From Entomortierella parvispora E1425 (taxonomy: Eukaryota > Fungi > Mortierellomycota): a stretch of DNA of 64,000 nucleotides. Under the pieces are notes generated by a model. That model ran no database searches and was not told the origin of the DNA. It worked only from the letters and a program-made list of their open reading frames with translations. The stretch lies in NCBI GenBank assembly GCA_020891255.1, contig BQFW01000008.1, positions 1,488,001-1,552,000 on the forward strand, written 5' to 3'. Within the stretch, counting starts at the first letter, position 1. The number at the start of each line of letters is the position of its first letter. Of this stretch, positions 61,396 through 64,000 are shown in pieces. The translations under genes were made by a program, and so were the position numbers.

Positions 61396-63030
61396 ATGAC
61401 GAAATCACCTACTCCCTCCATCCACAAGCACGACCCCGAGCTCGAGGCCTCGGTTGGCAAGGACGGAATCGATTACACCCGCGTGAACTTGCTCCGCAAC
61501 ACCTCGGTCGCCAAGCTCTATGAGGATGCCCTCCGCTACGAGCCTGGTACCTCCATCTCCTCCGCCGGTGCCCTTGTGACCTGCTCTGGCAAGAAGACTG
61601 GCCGTTCCCCCAGGGACAAGCGTATTGTCGATGAGGAGTCGACCACTGAGGATATCTGGTGGGGACCCGTGAACACCAAGATGACCGAGCACGCCTTCTT
61701 GATTAACCACGAGCGTGCCGTCGATTACCTCAACACCCGCGAGCGCCTCTATGTCTTTGATGGATTTGCTGGATGGGACCCCAAGTACAGACTCAAGATC
61801 CGCGTTGTCTGCGCCCGTGCCTACCACTCCTTGTTCATGCACAACATGTTGATCCGCCCCACCGAGGAGGAGCTCAAGAACTATGGCGAGCCCGACTTCA
61901 CCATCTTGAACGCTGGTGCCTTCCCCGCTAACCGTTACACCACTGGTATGACCTCCACCACCTCGGTCTCCATCAACTTCAAGCTTCGCCAGATGGTCAT
62001 TCTCGGAACCGAGTACGCCGGAGAGATGAAGAAGGGTGTCTTCACCATCATGCACTACCTCATGCCCAAGGCTGGTGTCCTCTCCCTCCACTCATCTGCT
62101 AACCAGGGACCCCAGGGCGATACCTCTTTGTTCTTTGGATTGTCTGGAACTGGAAAGACCACCCTCTCTGCCGACCCCGCCCGCGCCTTGATCGGTGATG
62201 ATGAGCACGTCTGGACCGACACTGGAGTTTTCAACATTGAGGGAGGATGCTACGCCAAGACCATTGACTTGTCTGCTGAGAAGGAGCCCGAGATCTTTGG
62301 CGCCATTCGCTTCGGATCCGTCTTGGAGAACGTTGTCTTTGATGAGGATACCCGCGTTGTTGACTACACCGACAAGTCCTTGACCGAGAACACCCGCTGC
62401 GCTTACCCCATCGAGTACATTCCCAACGCTCTCTTGCCCTGCATTGGTGCTCACCCCAAGAACATCATCATGTTGACCTGCGATGCCTTTGGTGTTCTCC
62501 CCCCCGTCTCCAAGTTGACCTCCGCTCAGGCCATGTACCACTTCATCTCTGGATACACCGCCAAGATTGCCGGCACTGAGGAGGGTGTCACCGAGCCCGA
62601 GGCCACCTTCTCGGCCTGCTTCGGTCAGCCCTTCTTGGTCCTCCACCCTACCCAGTACGCCACCATGCTCGCTGACAAGATCCACGAGCACAAGGCCAAC
62701 GTCTGGTTGATCAACACTGGCTGGAACGGCGGTGCCTATGGTACCGGCAAGCGCATTGCCCTTAAGTACTCTCGCGCCATCATCGATGCCATCCACAACG
62801 GTGAGCTCGCCACTGCCGAGTACGAGACCTACCCCATCTTTGGCCTCGATATCCCCAAGGCCGTCACCGGTGTCCCCGCCGAGGTCTTGAACCCCGCCAC
62901 CGCCTGGCAGGGAACCGTTGAGGAGTTCAACGGCACCGTCGCCAAGCTCGCCACGCTCTTCAACGAGAACTTTGCCAAGTACCAGGATCAGGCCACTGAG
63001 GATGTCATTGCTGTTGGCCCCAAGATCTAA
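61396..63030 (+). CDS. PCK1: Phosphoenolpyruvate carboxykinase (ATP), intronless
   Basis: [31 protein letters not shown]-loop [25 protein letters not shown] and ENTRCAYP. Confidence 0.97.
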   Translation: MTKSPTPSIHKHDPELEASVGKDGIDYTRVNLLRNTSVAKLYEDALRYEPGTSISSAGALVTCSGKKTGRSPRDKRIVDEESTTEDIWWGPVNTKMTEHAFLINHERAVDYLNTRERLYVFDGFAGWDPKYRLKIRVVCARAYHSLFMHNMLIRPTEEELKNYGEPDFTILNAGAFPANRYTTGMTSTTSVSINFKLRQMVILGTEYAGEMKKGVFTIMHYLMPKAGVLSLHSSANQGPQGDTSLFFGLSGTGKTTLSADPARALIGDDEHVWTDTGVFNIEGGCYAKTIDLSAEKEPEIFGAIRFGSVLENVVFDEDTRVVDYTDKSLTENTRCAYPIEYIPNALLPCIGAHPKNIIMLTCDAFGVLPPVSKLTSAQAMYHFISGYTAKIAGTEEGVTEPEATFSACFGQPFLVLHPTQYATMLADKIHEHKANVWLINTGWNGGAYGTGKRIALKYSRAIIDAIHNGELATAEYETYPIFGLDIPKAVTGVPAEVLNPATAWQGTVEEFNGTVAKLATLFNENFAKYQDQATEDVIAVGPKI

Positions 63031-63287
63031 ATCTCTCCCACTCTTTCGCATTAGCATTTTTTTTACCTTTCCATCATAATTATATCCCCCACTCTCTCAC
63101 CTCCACTCATCATTGTAAATAATAATAGACCCATTTTGGAAACAACAAAAAAAACCTTTGTTTGAGCCTTGTACAGTACTGTTGCACTGAATCCTTGAAC
63201 GCTGTACTTTGACTCCTGTCATTTATTCTCGCCACGAACAGTAAAAGAGGGAGGTGTGTTGGAGATGAAAGCCCAAGGCATCAGACT

Positions 63288-64000
63288 CTATTCTGAGTGT
63301 GTCAATTGCTCCAATTGAACCTCCAAAAGTCGGATCTTGACATCCCGCTGCGCCATCTGGTTCTTGAGATCCTCATTCTCTTGACGAAGTTTGTGATACG
63401 CCTCCTGGTAATCCTTGTCACTCTTGGGTGGAGCCACAACATGTTCCTCTCCGACCTGAGCGGCCGCACTTGAAGCCACAAACTCCTTCTTGGCCGACGC
63501 CGTAAAGCCCTTCTCGAGCGAGATCAATTTCGGCTCTGCACTTTCACCTCCAAACCAAGCATCGGCCGACAAGGACGCCTCGTCTCCGATCGTGTCTGGG
63601 AACAGATCGGCCTGAAACGAGTCGGACTATGTGGGATCCCCAAATTTGATGAAGACCAAAAATTAGCATTCCACAAAAGCAATGACCAAAAAAAAAAAAA
63701 AAAACGCCATGACATACCTTACGTGGGACCGTAAAGCTGATTGGCTCTACAATTCCGTTCGAGACCTTGTAAGCCCTGGCAATCTCGCAGTCGTTCACGT
63801 TCAAGGCGCGCTTAGGCATAAAGGCCATTCCACGCTGGGGAACATTTGAGCCAAACTCAGAGAGGGTATAGATTTCATCGCCCTCGTACTCAAAGTAACG
63901 AATATTGCCATCACTAAAGAAGGAGTGGGGAGGAAGGGGGAAAAAAAAGAAAAAGTTGGCTCAGTTCAATGTCATGAGCGGTCAAATATGGCTGCTTCCG
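63288..64000 (-). CDS. CRN1: Coronin, 3' part only (gene continues beyond the window)
   Basis: QRGMAFMPKRALNVNDCEIARAYK, EPISFTVPRK/SDSFQADLFPDT, and a terminal coiled coil LRQENEDLKNQMAQRDVKIRLLE. Confidence 0.9.

Noticed and set aside
61405-63057. 228-aa and 321-aa minus-strand ORFs
   Set aside because: Antisense shadows of the codon-biased PCK1.
1-64000. Transposons, CRISPR arrays, rRNA, TPP riboswitch, U12-type introns
   Set aside because: I saw no transposase/RT/integrase motifs, spaced direct repeats, rRNA signatures, TPP aptamer core, or RTATCCTT donors at intron starts.

Overview
Eukaryotic, fungal, intron-containing DNA. Short GT-AG introns with CTAAC/CTGAC branch sites, microsatellite-rich pyrimidine leaders and the gene set suggest an early-diverging fungus such as Mortierellaceae/Mucoromycota; this is inference, not a database result. 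I can support 20 protein-coding genes, one tRNA-Ala(AGC) and one spliced uORF. In order the genes are: CBM21 PP1-targeting subunit, PX-domain protein, ABCG transporter with Cys-rich ectodomain, MSL5/BBP, secreted (SP)n protein, coiled-coil orphan, UTP13, RSM10, TIM44, TKL kinase-ankyrin protein, Aven-like protein, IDH1, APSES factor, YML020W-like hydrolase, SRR1-like protein, beta-hydroxyacid dehydrogenase, RlpA/expansin-like protein, HMG-box factor, CPA1, PCK1 and the 3' part of coronin (the last is a 21st, partial gene). No transposon, CRISPR or rRNA was seen. The highlights are not visible in the ORF track. (1) An intron-split arginine attenuator peptide uORF upstream of CPA1, with a distant branch point, a competing acceptor that would remove the essential Trp, and a Gcn4/CPC-1 site. 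(2) An apparently full-length homologue of the animal protein Aven, next to a kinase with RIPK4/ANKK1-like domain order. (3) A YML020W-family protein with a complete alpha/beta-hydrolase triad and a C-terminal SKL. (4) In-frame retainable splicing and an R-D-x repeat in the branch-point binding protein. Exon boundaries were read by eye; multi-exon CDS coordinates are start-to-stop spans.
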